From the human T2T-CHM13v2.0 reference genome, Homo sapiens, in assembly GCF_009914755.1 (NCBI RefSeq), contig NC_060926.1: DNA of 64,000 bases. One strand, given 5' to 3'. Numbering within the stretch: position 1 is the first letter of the stretch; each line of letters starts with the position of its first letter. Both the position numbers and the translations under genes were made by a program. Shown piece by piece: positions 27,424 through 42,751 of this stretch. The notes under the pieces were generated by a model that saw nothing but the letters and a program-made list of their open reading frames with translations, searched no databases and had not been told where the DNA came from.

Positions 27424-29176
27424 GTAATAAAACAAAACATCTTTAAATTTTAATCAGGGACACACTTTAAGAAATAAAGATTAAAGGTATTAAAATAAAA
27501 GAAATTGAGAGGTTAAAAACCTGAAAGTAGAAGGCAGCAAATAAAAAAGTTGAACTTGAGGGCAAAAAAATTATTTTTAGTTTAAAAATAAAGACAACTA
27601 GGGATTTCTTTATATGCCTAGTAAACAAAAATATATTAGAAGATAAAGAAGGCTTGTTGGAAATAGGGAGACTAAAGATAAAAGAAGTAAGGATCCACTT
27701 GAAGTTTGAAAAGGGGGCAATTTAAAACAACTAGCAAGAATTAAAGCAATTGGAAACCATAAAATAATGGCAAGCTGCTAGGCTATAAAACTGTATGTTC
27801 TATGAAGATGTAAGAAAGAAAATATGGTGGAAAATGGGGAAAAAAGGGGAAGTTTATAAAAGCTCCAAGCTATAATCAAGTGAGGTTGAATTCTGGCTAA
27901 ATGTCCCTGTGGAGATGTGCAAAATGCATACATTTATAGGAGCCCATTTACTTTCACCTGATCTTAGGCCCTGCCTGTCAGTGTGCCACAGACTTGCCCA
28001 GATTGGCAAAAAATTCATGCCCTTCGGAATTTTCCAAGGCAATGTGCTCTGTGTCTCACAGTCTTTCCCCCTCAGACTTGCTCCACAGCATAGATAAACA
28101 CTTATTTTGGTTCGAGGAAGAGCATTTAAGTACTGGCATTCATTCAAAATATCATTTGTATCAGTGACATTTTGGTATTTATTATCATTTATAACAGCAA
28201 CTGTTTTGTATAAATATAAGTAGACCTTTCTACTTGACAACTGTGACCTTTAATTTCACCTGGACTGCACATATTATATATAATGGAGATTTAAAGAGTA
28301 TTATAGAAATGGATAGGGGGTATCAATTTCAAATGTACAATGTCAAAACTACTAGCTGCAGTTGAAATGAAATTTATATGTGGACACAATTTTTTTTTAC
28401 CTTTTTTGGTTTTGTTTTTCTTTTTTAAATTATTTGGAGATAATGAGTAAAATTCTACTATATTCTGGTAGCATCACTCTGCAAGATTTACTCTACCATA
28501 CAAATGTATGTTTTTTGGTATTCTATTTTGAAAGGTTGTGTTGTTATAATATTGGTATTGAAAATATTGATGAGTTAATATTTTAAAATATAAGTTAGTA
28601 TTTATTTGGTTAGGATGAAGCAGTTGATGATAATGACAACTTTTAACTGCAGGTAAAATTGCTAAATAATACATAATTACGTACAACTTGTGGCAGCTTT
28701 GTATTTAGAGATAATGATGTTTAATTGGGTGTTTTTCTTTTAAAATGAAAATGAGTTTATTCTTTTTTTAATAGAGTAATGCATGCTCCCCTTTACTTCA
28801 CTTTTCAAATACCAAAACAGATAAACCCTATTAACAATTTGGATAACCATTATCCTTTTAGAAATCCCTACAAGCCCCATCCCTCCACACCCAGTCAGGA
28901 TCATATAAAGACTATTCTGAAACTTGCTTTATGCAGTTAAGACCTTGTGACTATCCTTCTGTGTTAGCCATTCCATCCTTGTTTATATATCTGATTAATA
29001 TTAATAAATCATATATAATAATATATCATCATTTTTATAAATAACAGCTCTGATTATATTTTAATATAGCTCTTTATGTACTTGTCTGCTTCATTTGGAT
29101 TTCTTTGTAATTTATGAGATTTTTGTACTTTTCCTATTTGTATTAGATATTTATGGATACAATATATTTCTGGGGT

Positions 29177-29255
29177 TAAGTTACCTTCTAGAATTAAACT
29201 ACGTCTATCTAAGTTACCTTCTAGAATTAAACTAAGTCTATTAAACTAAATCTAT
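29177..29255 (+). repeat. 33-bp tandem duplication plus a partial third copy
   Basis: taagttaccttctagaattaaacta(c/a)gtctat at 29177 and 29210. Confidence 0.9.
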
Positions 29256-29779
29256 TTAAGTGCTTAATTTAAGGAAATAAGGACAATAGATGAGAAGATA
29301 GTTCTTGATGCAATAATATTTTTATTTCTATGTATTATATAGAAACATGTTAATTATTTTAGCTATTGACTTGTAGTGAATTTATTTTCTTCTACTAGAG
29401 TATATGTGAGGGTAAACAGGAATATTCCATTAATCATTGTAAAAATGTATATACATTATAAATTTCATAATGCCAGGATATAATGTGATAGGTATAAATG
29501 CTTTCACTTAATAAATTTTATCCCAAGTGTGTCAAGTTATATTTTTTTTACATTAAAGTAAAAAGAATTTCTGTCTGCCTAATTTCCTTCTACACCTTTT
29601 TCATTTATGGACCACTTTAACTCATGGTGATTAGAAATCCTTCCTCATCTTATCTCGAACCCTCATCTCAGCTCCTCGTGGACTGAGGTTTATTAAATGA
29701 TTTCCTGACGGCCATTTTGAAGACTATTTATCACCTGAACCATGCTGCCATCCCATCTGCTACCAATATAAATTGGGAG

Positions 29780-30345
29780 GCCTTATGTTGCGAGTGACTG
29801 AAAATGCAACAAAATTTGATTTAAAGATGAAATGAAATTATTGGATTAATTAATTAAAAAGATCAGAAGTAGGAATAGCTGCAGGTTAAGCTTGATTTGC
29901 TGCCTTAAAGATATTACCAAATACCTGATCTTAACTGTTTTCTGTCTTTTGTATCAGCATTATCCTCAGTTCTTCTTTCATGGTAGCAAAATGGCTGAAG
30001 CAATTTTAGACGTCATATGCTTTCACAATGCTCTCTAGGAAAAGAGACTCTCTTTCCATTATCTTTCAAAGAAACAAAATGTAAGTTCTCTTTCCTGCAA
30101 GCTTAGGCAAATGCCTCCCTGTGTTGCATTGACTAATCAAATTAAGTGCTACCCCAGAGTTGAAAACTGTTACCAGGGAGAATGACCACTGTATCAAGAA
30201 AGCTATCAAAACTTACCCTAAAGGTGGGGATAAGTTTGAACTGATAATGAAAGGAGAGGGTTGGGGGAAGATTCCTTTAAAAAATGCCTGGGTATTATTA
30301 CCAGAAAGAAAGGGAATGATGCTAAATAATTATACATTGTACTGC
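29780..30345 (-). mobile_element. MLT1K-like LTR
   Basis: 'gttgcgagtgactgaaa', 'catggtagcaaaatggctg' and 'ttaccagaaagaaagggaatgatgct'. Confidence 0.65.
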
Positions 30346-31126
30346 TCAAGTTTCCATCACTGGTGTCTCTGAGTTTTGGCACCGTTGTTTTAAAGACCCT
30401 GTTCTTGTACTATTTAGTATTGCATAGTACAAATAAAATTACCACTGATATCAGGCATTCAGCCTTTTATTTGGCAATATTCATCAAATATACTCAGAAC
30501 GTTGTTCTATGTCCTGGACAGACCAAACAAAAGAAAACACATCTCATGATAGTTTAAGTATTAGATTAAATGACCTACATAATAGTAGGTGATACGATTT
30601 CTGGAGCATGGTATGTCCTCAGTAGATGATAGTCTTTCATTTTGCCTATTTAGAATAGGCAGCCCTCCTTTTCAGCAATGTAGTGACCTGAGACAGGGCC
30701 TTATCAACTATGAATATATCTTTAAGACATTCTTTACCTACTCACCTGGACCTCTAAGTGTTACTTATACCTATTGAAACTCACCTTTGATTTCTGGTGC
30801 TGTTTGACTTGAGATGGGGCTAATTTGTTGACAGGATGATTCGATCTCCCCACTGAATCTCTGCTGCCATCTCTTTTCTGTCTTCTTAGGTGCTCACCTG
30901 TGTGATTCTAGAAGGCGGGTCTGCTTCAGCTCTGATCACTCTCTATTATCCCTTCATTTTCCTCTAAGTAAACAATCATTAATCAATAGTGTATGGTAAG
31001 AGACAGCAGTTTTATGTAGAGAAGTAGATTACTCATTTGACTGGGGCAAGAGCTTCAGGTAAAATAAATGATTGATACTTTAAGCTCACTAAATTGAAAC
31101 AATAGCCATCACATTGTATGCTTTGC

Positions 31127-32359
<1,233 letters not shown>

Positions 32360-32686
32360 TTTCTATACAATATTTTCTATATTTTCTATTTCCAGATAGA
32401 GTAGACCAAAGTAATTGATGACCTCATAAGCATGTTTCATAAATGTCTCTGAGAGATTCACTATGTCTTATTAAACCTTTGCCTGAAATCTTCTTGCATT
32501 ATTAGAGAGAATTAAGGTCAAAAACAAGGAAGGAAAAGAAATAAGCAGTTTTATTTATCTACCCATCCATTCACCCTTCTACACTTTCATCCATCTGTCC
32601 ATCTAACCTCTATTTACTCATCTATTGATAGACTAGAAAGATAAATACCAAAATGTACGGGATATAATCTCCTGGTATGCCGTTGG

Positions 32687-33180
32687 AATAAAGATGTTCT
32701 TTGAAACCAACGAGAACAAAGACACAACATACCAGAATCTCTGGGACACATTCAAAGCAGTGTGTAGAGGGAAATTTATAGCACTAAATGCCCACAAGAG
32801 AAAGCATGAAAGATCTAAAATTGACACCCTAACATCACAATTAAAAGAACTAGAAAAGCAAGAGCGAACACATTCAAAAACTAGCAGAAGGCAAGAAATA
32901 ACTAAAATCAGAGCAGAACTGAAGGAAATTGAGACACAAAAAACCCTTCAAAAATTAATGAATCCAGCAGCTGGTTTTTTGAAAGGATCAACAAAATTGA
33001 TAGACTGCTAGCAAGACTAATAAAGAAGAAAAGAGAGAAGAATCAAATAGACGCAATACAAAATGATAAAGGGGATATCACCACCGATCCTACAGAAATA
33101 CAAACTACCATCAGAGAATACCATAAACACCTCTACACAAATAAACTAGAAAATCTAGAAGAAATGGATAAATTCCTTGA
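32687..33180 (+). mobile_element. Isolated internal L1PA ORF2 fragment
   Basis: Encodes [18 protein letters not shown]...; ends abruptly at 'aattccttga' with no 3'UTR or poly-A. Confidence 0.93.
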
Positions 33181-33689
33181 GATTTATCCTGGATAAATGA
33201 TTTTTACTAGGCCCTGGAAAATTTAGACATCCCTCATATAGCACTTTTTGAAATCTGAAATCCTAGTTATTTTCATATCACTTCAAACCCTTCCTGGAGA
33301 TATTGGGTCCATCCATAATAGGACAAAGTTTCTAGTGTAGTTTATGGGTTTTAGTCCTCAACCATAGCAAAAGGACATAGCTGCAGTTTGGTATGATTTT
33401 AATATAAGTACTTGGATAGATTGGGATACATTTAATAAATTTAGTGAGATAACTAATCACATTCTTTAACTATTTAACATTTTTTTTATTATTTTATTTT
33501 TTTACAGATGATAGTCATGTACATTAGTATAACATGCTGTCACCATTGGTGAGGCATTCAATGAACTTTCAATTGTGAATCTTTAATGTCCTTGCAAGAT
33601 ATAAATTCATATTAAATTTCAACGTAATATGGAATATATTTGACTCGGATATATGTAACTGGAAACAACTTTAACTTGGATATTTGTTA

Positions 33690-33890
33690 AAGCTCAGGGA
33701 CCAGCAATGTGGGTTTTCGCGTTACACTGCCTACACTATCACTTGTTGACTGTGCAACCTTTGTATTGATAACTGGACTTAGTACAGGCATAATTTTTTA
33801 ATCTGACAAGTGTACTTGACCATGAAACATCAACTTTACTGAACTGTGAGTGGATTAAGTGAGAAACATGTGTCATATAGTAAATACTTA
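33690..33890 (+). mobile_element. MIR fragment
   Basis: 'cacttgttgactgtgcaacctt' ... 'gtggattaagtgag'. Confidence 0.5.
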
Positions 33891-35496
33891 ATGGAATATA
33901 CCTATGTTTACCTAGTTATAATTAATATGTTACTTGTATTTCTAAATATATTTCCAATCCTGGAACCAATTTATAGTTCATCTTATTGAAACCAAAGTTT
34001 AAAACACTTGCTTTTTCATTTTGTGATGTTTAAACTGCCATATAAGTAATTCTGGTTTATAAAAGCATCTCAGTTATGATAATAATAGCATTTTAATTTT
34101 GAAAGCCCTTTGGAAAAGTTATTTTGAATATTAAAATATTAAAAATGCTAAATGGCATTTGGGTATATGAATATGTAAGTAAAATATTAATATAAAGTTC
34201 TTGACTTATTTTTAATAATTATCTCTTTCATACAACGCTATCCTGTTGGTATTCAGATGTTTACACATTGACTGACATTCAGACTGACTTGGCAGAATAT
34301 TTTTATATGACGTTATTAGCTTTTTATGACAACTAAGCAAAGAGAGCACCAGTAAGTAACTAGATTCTTTGAGCTAGGATGATTCTCAAATCCCATCACT
34401 TTTAAAATATCAGTGAAAAAACTAACATGATTTGAAGGCTAGTTTAAAATAAAATACCATCGTTTCGAGATTTGGAAAAAATGTATAGTTAAATAAATCA
34501 CTTAGTGTCTTCTTGAACTATAATTCTGCATTTTTGTTAGGGGTAATTTTAAATAAATTGGTTCTAAAGGCAAAATTCAATTTAAGAAAATAAATGTTAG
34601 ATTTTTCTATAGCATAATTATTATTTCCTTTTTTTAAAAAAATCTTATTTCACCCTCAAGCACATCAAAAAGAATAGTTGCCACCTAGAAAGGGCCTTTG
34701 TGCTTTGTATGTGTATCATGCTTTGTTTTTCTCTGGTATTTCTTATCTTCATATAACAATAGCTTTTAGCATTGTATTTTAAATTAAAAATGTTCTACTA
34801 TCAAACTTATTCTAGTGAGATTTCTTGCCTTTCAAAATTACAGTATTTTATTTCCTTTAAGTGTCTCATATTCATTCTGTTTTCACCCTTGATAGATGTA
34901 AAGTCATATTATAGAGCTATATAAAACAGGGTGGCCAATCTACTAAAAATAAAATACAAAAGCATATTTTTTTTCAAAATCTCATTTTTTAGTAAAACAT
35001 TTGCACTCACAATACTTTAGTTTTGAGCTTTGTTTTCTTTATGAAGTCCAGAAAAACATTATAGATGTCTAATTTTTCTCCTCTGGAGAAAAATAAAATA
35101 AAATATATTACACCCCTTTTATAGAGAAGCACAGATTATATTTTAGCTTAATTAGCTAAAATCACAACAGTCATGGTTATCAATGAATAACAGTCATACT
35201 TACAGTATGTTATTGCAATGGTGAAACAAATTTTCAGTGGCACTGAAAAGGCAATAAGAGGTAGAATTCAGTTAAAATTCAATGATGAGGGAAAGAAGCA
35301 TATAAAGGGGAAAGAAGATAAACAAACTAGACTTTTGAACAAGGTGGAGTATACATTTACTGATTTTTCTGTAGTATGATAAAGTTAGAGAGACAGACAA
35401 AATGGACTTGAAACAAGGTATACATCAGTTGTCATATCGTATTGCAAGAAAAAATTATTTTTTGCACTCAAGCTACAGAGCCCTAAACCTATCAGG

Positions 35497-35568
35497 CCAT
35501 GTAAGGGAAGTGCTTCCTGTATTAATTACTAAAGACCATGTGAGGGAACTGCTTCCTATATAATTACT
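35497..35568 (+). repeat. 39-bp-period tandem duplication
   Basis: ccatgt(a/g)agggaa(g/c)tgcttcct...taattact twice. Confidence 0.8.
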
Positions 35569-36827
35569 GGAAAAAATGATGAAAGATTGAGAACTATTGA
35601 TTCACATCACATAGCATAAACTTTGTGTGAACTGGCACTTTAATTTATAGCCCTAAAAATTCGGCTAGGAGACTGGAGCTGTCACTGGACCTTTGTACAA
35701 GAGAAGGGTGTGGCTGCTAAACCAAGAGATTAAGAGCCCAGCACTGTGCAGGTCAGATTGACTCCATCTGGCCCCTAGCAGTTTCACCAAACACTGCCAG
35801 GATTTTCCAAAATAAGTATCCCCCATCACATATCATTACTTTCTGCTGAACAGATTATAAAGTACTATCTCCAGGCATTTCCTGCGTTTATTGGGAACTG
35901 GAAGTTTTGAATCCTCATTGACTTGAAAGAGACTGCCAACAATCAAACCTAGTCATTATGGCACTCCCACCAAGACTGGAAATAGCCCCAAACTGCTGCT
36001 GGTAATTCCTGATATCCTCAGCTTTCTTATCTTCCATACATATTAATTTTGTCAGCAGGGTAGTTCTTTAGGGCCCTCAGAGTGCTTCTGGAACCTGTGG
36101 AGATTCATTAATGGAGTCTGGTTGTAATGCATTCAGCTAACTCCTTTTAAAGCTATACCTGATGTCATGCTGTCTGTTCTATGATCCTCTTTTCCACTGT
36201 CACGTGTGTATGTATGTTTTGTTTTGTCTGTTTCTTGTTTTATCACCTAATTGCTTGTCTTTTTATCCTTGACTTGCTGTTTTGTAAAGAACTTAGCATT
36301 TATATCTTCTATGCTTCTCTATGCCCTATATTTTCAAAGGCTCATTCCAAACCTAACGTGGTCATACACTGTGGCTGAACCATATTCTACCTTCAATGAA
36401 TGCACCACTTTGAGGATGGGGACCTACAATTTTTGAAGTCTCTTCTGTATCTGTGCTTCCAATATTCCATTTCTATGCATGTTCTCAGGCAATTTGGGGT
36501 TCACACAGTTATAAAATAAGTTTATTTCTCATTCAAACCTGGGCAATGGAGATGTTCCTATTTCGATAGCTTTTCTGAGCATCTTTTTTTTTTGCAAGTG
36601 GTGACCCATGGAATCTCAGGGATTTAGGATCTTTCTAATTTTGTAATACTGGTGTCTTCGACACATGACCTTCAAGATTTTGAGAAGGGTGAAAACAGAA
36701 TGGGATGGGAGTTTTATGGCCAGCCCTGGGAGTGTTATACATTTTCAGAGCTAGATGCAAGGAAGACTGGACAATGTGTGCTAAAGTTAAAGCACATAGC
36801 GGAATCTCTGTCACATCGTCTTTCTGC

Positions 36828-36938
36828 TTTATACTTAAGCTGGTCCCCTTCATATTTATGAGGTGGCTGCTTGCTGTATAATTTTATACTTAAGCTGGTC
36901 CCCTTCATATTTATGAGTTGGCTGCTTCCTGTGTAATT
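36828..36938 (+). repeat. 55-bp tandem duplication
   Basis: tttatacttaagctggtccccttcatatttatgag... twice, 3 mismatches. Confidence 0.92.
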
Positions 36939-37568
36939 ACTAACAGGCCATTTGCAGCAGCAAATGTTATATCCAGTGGGAGAGAGGAAGAAAACTTCTC
37001 TCTCAATCATAGATTGCAAATCTTTTCTTATAGCTTTGGTCAGAAAGTATGGAGGAGGATTGAGCAACCAGACAAAATTAGGATTTTGTAAGGAGAGGAA
37101 GGAGCGGTAAATAGATACCAGACAGTTAATCTATCGTGAGTATGACAAAGAATCAAGACAGAATGGTATCACAGAACAAAGAGAGTAGAGAGTTTTGAAA
37201 AGATGGAGTGCCCAAACAGGATTATAATGATGCTAATTTTAGAAATTAGATGGTCCTTGGAAGCTCCGTATAAATAGTCCCAAAGAAGTCATGAGATTAT
37301 TTCTCACATTATGGTTTATGGAGAAGTGCATGAAAGCTGAGGAAATGGGCCCTTGGTATTTATTCATAATGCTGTGCTCCATGCAGTTGACTTTACTTCC
37401 TAAATAAATGTTGCATTCTTGATGAAAGTTTAGGCTAAATACAGTGAGCCCTCAACTTTGAAGATAATGTAAGAATATTATCATAATTAGAGTTTACATC
37501 ATTTAAAAATATAATTTGCTTCATTAAAAATTACTATTAGAAATTTATAATTTTGTCGGCATATTTTT

Positions 37569-37796
37569 TTTTATTATACTTTAAGTTTTAGGGTACATGT
37601 GCACATTGTGCAGGTTAGTTACATATGTATACATGTGCCATGCTGGTGCGCTGCACCCACTAACTCGTCATCTAGCATTAGGTATATCTCCCAGTGCTAT
37701 CCCTCCCCCCTCCCCCCACCCCACCACAGTCCCCAGAGTGTGATATTCCCCTTCCTGTGTCCATGTGATCTCATTGTTCAATTCCCACCTATGAGT
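37569..37796 (-). mobile_element. Short L1PA2-like 3' end
   Basis: On the L1 strand reads 'gatcacatgg', 'ctagatgacgagttagtgggtgcagcgcaccagc'; TSD atattttt at 37561-37568 and 37797-37804. Confidence 0.92.
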
Positions 37797-40042
37797 ATAT
37801 TTTTAACTTTTAAAATTCTCAGAAATCTAAAGTAAATTATAATTTTAACACTGAAATTATTTGCTAGTGAAGATACAAATCTATGCTAATTGCTCTAATA
37901 ACCTAGATAATTAATTATTATGCATTCCTAAAATGGAATCCTATTAAGTTATTTTACTATGATGGATGTAATCATTTTGATAATAAGTAACCTACACATT
38001 TTTCTAGATTAATCACAGATGCTCTTCTAAAGTTGTCTTAATGTGATGAATTATAATTGTTCACTTATAAGCATCAAGGGTTTTTAAACTCTCTTGATAA
38101 CCATATTCAAATTTTATCACCTAGAGGTAGATTTATATTTTTATTCAAAATAACATGTCAGGTGTTATGCGTCTTATTTTCTGCAAAATAGCTAACTTGT
38201 ATGTAATTCTGAAATAAACTAAATAAATATTCAAACTATTAGATAAGTAGTACGTATGTATATATATATATAAACCCATTCTATCTGAATCAATTTAAAG
38301 GTTACTTAAATTAGGTCTTTCTTGGACTCAGTAGCCCCTACTGATATCTTCAAACTGCACTTTATCCTCCAAAGTCACTCAATTCTTTCAAAACAAGAAA
38401 GCCCATTATTTAACAGCCTCACATTGTTAGATGCGAGGAAGTCACATTGATGACTTCCTTTTACCTAAGGATAAAAACCAAAGTCCTCTATACTTCATCC
38501 TCTACCTCCCTAGCTAGTCTATTGCCCTGTTGCTCTCAACTGGAGTATTTCCTAAGCCATATTTGTACACCTGCTGTGTCCCTGATGCGAGCATAAAGTA
38601 TGTGAGTAAAAAATGTTTTTGAAATATTATCTGCTTTTTAAAATGATGTAATTCCTTTTTTTCCATTTCCTTTATCCCATTTGAAACAGTTTGGTTCTAT
38701 ACTTATGCCTGGGGGAAAAATATGACAGAAAAAGGAGATGGGGGAGTTTAAAAATATCTTTCTTACCTTGGCGCTTTAAAGTGCTTAGGAGCAGAAAAGG
38801 CTCACTGCATAGCTACAGCACATCAGAACAAATATAATGAGTTAAGACTCATCCACCCCTTTTCCCTTTACCTTCAGATAATTTTATGGGAGCCAGGAAT
38901 GCAAGAGATCTGTTCTTCATTTCCTGACAAGACCCCAGAAAAGAAATTGTTGCATTGTGTGTCTAGACAGATACCATCACAGAGTTTCAGCCCTCCGGTG
39001 TGAAGTAGGAATTGCTCAATGATTCCTGTACTCCCAAGAATGAAAATGAAGTGGCAGAAAGAGAGCTATTGAAACAAAATAGGCCATAGGGAGAGGAGGG
39101 AACCAGAAGTTTCCACTGAGACTTGTGTGATATATTGATAAATTATTTAAGTGATGCCTATAAAGCCGGATGATATTTAGGCTTTTATGGTGTTACCCCC
39201 AGTGTTGGCATAAAATGGGAAACCCTAAGAAATTATGCTCAAAGGAAAAATTCAGCTAATGCAGAGAAAGATTAAGAACCTACATTTCTTGCATTCTTGA
39301 AATTACACTCTAGAATTCACATCAGCTGTGGAAATTTATACTTACTTCTTTGTGTGTATTTAAGTAATGGCATAATAAAAATAATCAATTCACCACTGAG
39401 GTCCAATCATTTCTTCCCTTCAATAAGTGCCCATACGTTACTAACATCTGATAACAAAATGAAGCCCAAGTTCTTTTGTAACATTTTATCTTTTTCTCAA
39501 AAAATGAACTTATCTTAGTGCTTCTTTATTTTTAAAGAGAATAATCTACATTTCTTACTTCCTCTGGAAGGTCTGACTCCAGAGAAAGGTTAAAGGTTGC
39601 GCTATATACCCCTAAGTCTTTTCTTATTTTTATTTTCTCCTTCATTCCAGAATATCTATTTAGCTATTGATATGTGCCAGGCACTATTTTAGGTGGTAGA
39701 ATTCCAGAAGTAAAGACAGTCTCTGTCCTCAAAGAACTCAAAATCTAACTGTATGGCATACTTAGAAAAATAATGCAATAACCACATAAGGGGGCCTCCT
39801 AAAGCAAACTGTGATGTGGAAATGAATGTCAAAAAATCTCCCTATCATAGGTAGCCTTTGAGTATAGCATTGAGAAATGTGTATATTTGATGAGAAATAC
39901 TTTTTTGGAAAAATAATTATGTTGTTTTTCATTAAATGGAAAAAATAGAAAAAAGTTTCAAGATGATAATTGATTTTCATATTAATGAATTTATTTAATT
40001 CACTGTGATCTACCATCACCGTTTGCATTAAAACATTTCTGA

Positions 40043-42284
40043 GGAAGTCCTAGCCAATGCAATCAAGTAAGAGAAAAAAAATGAAAGGCATTGAAATAGG
40101 AAAATAAGTCAAACTGTCTCTTCACTGATGATATGATTCTATATCTAGAAAATTCTAGAGTCTCTTCTAAATGGCTGATAAAACTGATAAGTAATTTTAG
40201 GAAGATTTCAGGACCCAAAATCATACAAAAATTGGTAGTATTTCTATATACCAGTAATGCCCACGCTGAGAGTCAAATCAAGAGCATGATAACATTTACA
40301 ACAGCGGCAAAGAAAACAAAATACTTAGGAATACAGCTAACCAAAGAGGTGAAAGATCTCTACCAGGAGAATTGCAAAACACTGCTGAAATAAATTAGAG
40401 ATGACACAAATAAAGAGAAAATCATTCCATGTTCATGGCTTGGAAGAATCAGCATTGTTAAAATGACCATACTGCCCAAAGCAATTTACAGATTCAGCAC
40501 TACTCTTATCAAACTACCAATGTCATTTTTCACAGAAGTAGAAAAAGCTATCCTAAAATTCATATGGAACCAAAGAAGAGCCTGAATATTCAAAGCAATC
40601 CTGAGCAAAAGGAGCAAAGCTGAACACTTCATACTACCCAATTTCAAACTATATTATAAGGCTACAGGAACCAAAACATCATTGCACTTGTATAAAAACA
40701 GACACATAGACCAGTGGAACAGAATAGAATAGAAAACTCAGAAATAAAGCCACACACATCTGATCTTTGGCAAGGATGACAAAAACAAATGGAGAAAGGG
40801 CTCCCTGTTCAATAAATAGTGCTGGGACAATCGGCCCGTTATATGGAGAATAATGAAACTGGACCCTTACCTTTTACCATATACAAAAATTAACTCAAGA
40901 TGGATTAAAGATTTAAATGTAAGACCTAAAACTATGAAAATTCTAGAAGAAAACCCTAGGAAGTTCCCTTCTTGAGATGGGCCTTGGCAAAGATTTTTGG
41001 ACTAAGGCACCAAAAGGAACTTCAACAAAAACAAAAATTGACAAGTAGGACCTAATTAAATAGAAGAGTTTCTGTACAACAAAAGAAATTATCAATAAAC
41101 TAGATAGACACCCTACAGAATGGGAGCAAATATTCACAAACTATGCATCTGGCAAAGGCCTAGTATCTAGAATCTGTAAGAAACTTAACAAGCAAAAAAC
41201 AAATAACCCCACTGATAAATGGGCAAAGGACCTGAATAGACACTTTTCAAAACAACACATACAAGTGGCCAACAGACATATGAAAACATGCTCATCATCT
41301 GCCATCATCAGAGAATTGCAGATCAAAACCATGATGCAAAACCATCGTACACCAGGCAGAATGGCTATTATTATTTGAGGCATGTTCTCACTCTGTTACC
41401 CATGCTGGAGTGCAGGTAGCATGATCATCGCTTACTGCAACCGCAAAGTCCTGGGCTCAAGGGATCCTCTTGCCTCAGCCTCCTACAGGAAGCTGGGACT
41501 ACATGCTGAGGCAGGTTTTTTTTTCCTGTAGAGACAAGGTTTTGCTTTGTTGCCTAATCTGGCCCTGAACTTCTGGGCTAAAGCATTCCTCCCACCTCAA
41601 CCTCCTGAAGTGCTGGGATTACAGGCATGAGCTACCATGGCTGGCCTGATTGGCTATTATTAAAAAGTCAAAAAACAACAGATGCTGGTGAGGCTATGGA
41701 GAAAAGGGAGCATGTACAGTGGTGGTGGGAATGTAAATTAGTTCAGCCACTGTGGAAAACAGTTTGGAGATTTCTGAAAGAACTTAAAACGAGCTATCAT
41801 TTAACCCAACAATCCTGTTACTAGGTATATACTCAAAGGAAAACCAAAAAGACACATGCATTTGCATGTTAATTGCTGCACTATTCACAATAGCAAAGAC
41901 ATAGAATAGACATAGGTGGCTATCCATGGTGGACTGGATAAAGCAAATATTATACATATACACTGTGGAATACTATGCAGCCATAAAAAGAACGAAATCA
42001 TGTCCTTTGTGGCAACATGGTTGGAGCTGGAGGCTATAATCCTAAGCAAATTAATGCAGGAATTTAAAAGCAAATAGCACATGTTCTTACTTATAAATGA
42101 GAACTAAACATTGAGCACACATAGACGTAAACTTGGGAATAACAGACACTGTGGACTACCGGTGGGGGGTTAGGTCAAAAAACTGCCTATTGCATACTAT
42201 GCTCACTACCCGAGTGCAATATACCCAAGTAACAAACTTGTACTTGTGCCCTCTGTATCTAAAAAAAGGTAGCTATAAAACCAA
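40043..42284 (+). mobile_element. 5'-truncated L1PB-like element (ORF2 RT/C-terminus plus 3'UTR)
   Basis: Decayed ORF2 (MILYLEN...[15 protein letters not shown]), PB-type 3'UTR, TSD aaaa(t)catttctga at 40030-40042 and 42285-42298. Confidence 0.9.
41374..41646 (-). mobile_element. AluJ inserted in the L1PB
   Basis: TSD tggctattatta at 41362-41373 and 41651-41662; tail almost absent. Confidence 0.9.
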
Positions 42285-42385
42285 AAAATCATTTCTGAAA
42301 TGCTGAATAGAAACCTTAAAATTTTCTACTGATTCATACCCTTACTTTTAAAAAAGTTAGCTTTAACATTTTATCCTTCACCTGT

Positions 42386-42751
42386 TGATATGATTTGGCT
42401 TGGTGTCCCCACCCAAATCTCATCTTGAATTGTACTCCCATAATTCCTATGTGTTGTGGGAGGGATGCAGTGGGAGATAATTGAATCATGGGGGCAGGTC
42501 TTTCCTTTGCTGTTCTCATGATAATGAATAAGTCTCATGAGATCTAATGGTTTTATAAGGAGGAGTTTTCCTGCAAAAGCTCTTTGCCTGCCGCCATCCA
42601 CATAAGATGTGACTTGCTTCTTCTTGCCTTCTGCCATGATTGTGAGTCTTCCCCAGCCATATGGAACTGTAAGTCAAATTAAACCTCTGTCTTTTGTAAA
42701 TTGCCAGTCTCAGGTATGTCTTTATCAGTAGCATGAAAATGAACTAATATG
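42386..42751 (+). mobile_element. THE1A/B solo LTR
   Basis: TGATATG...CTAATATG termini; 5-bp TSD cctgt/ccttt. Confidence 0.92.

Noticed and set aside
27854-28240. 128-aa minus-strand ORF in apparently unique DNA
   Set aside because: Non-ATG start, no recognisable domain or splice structure; compatible with chance.
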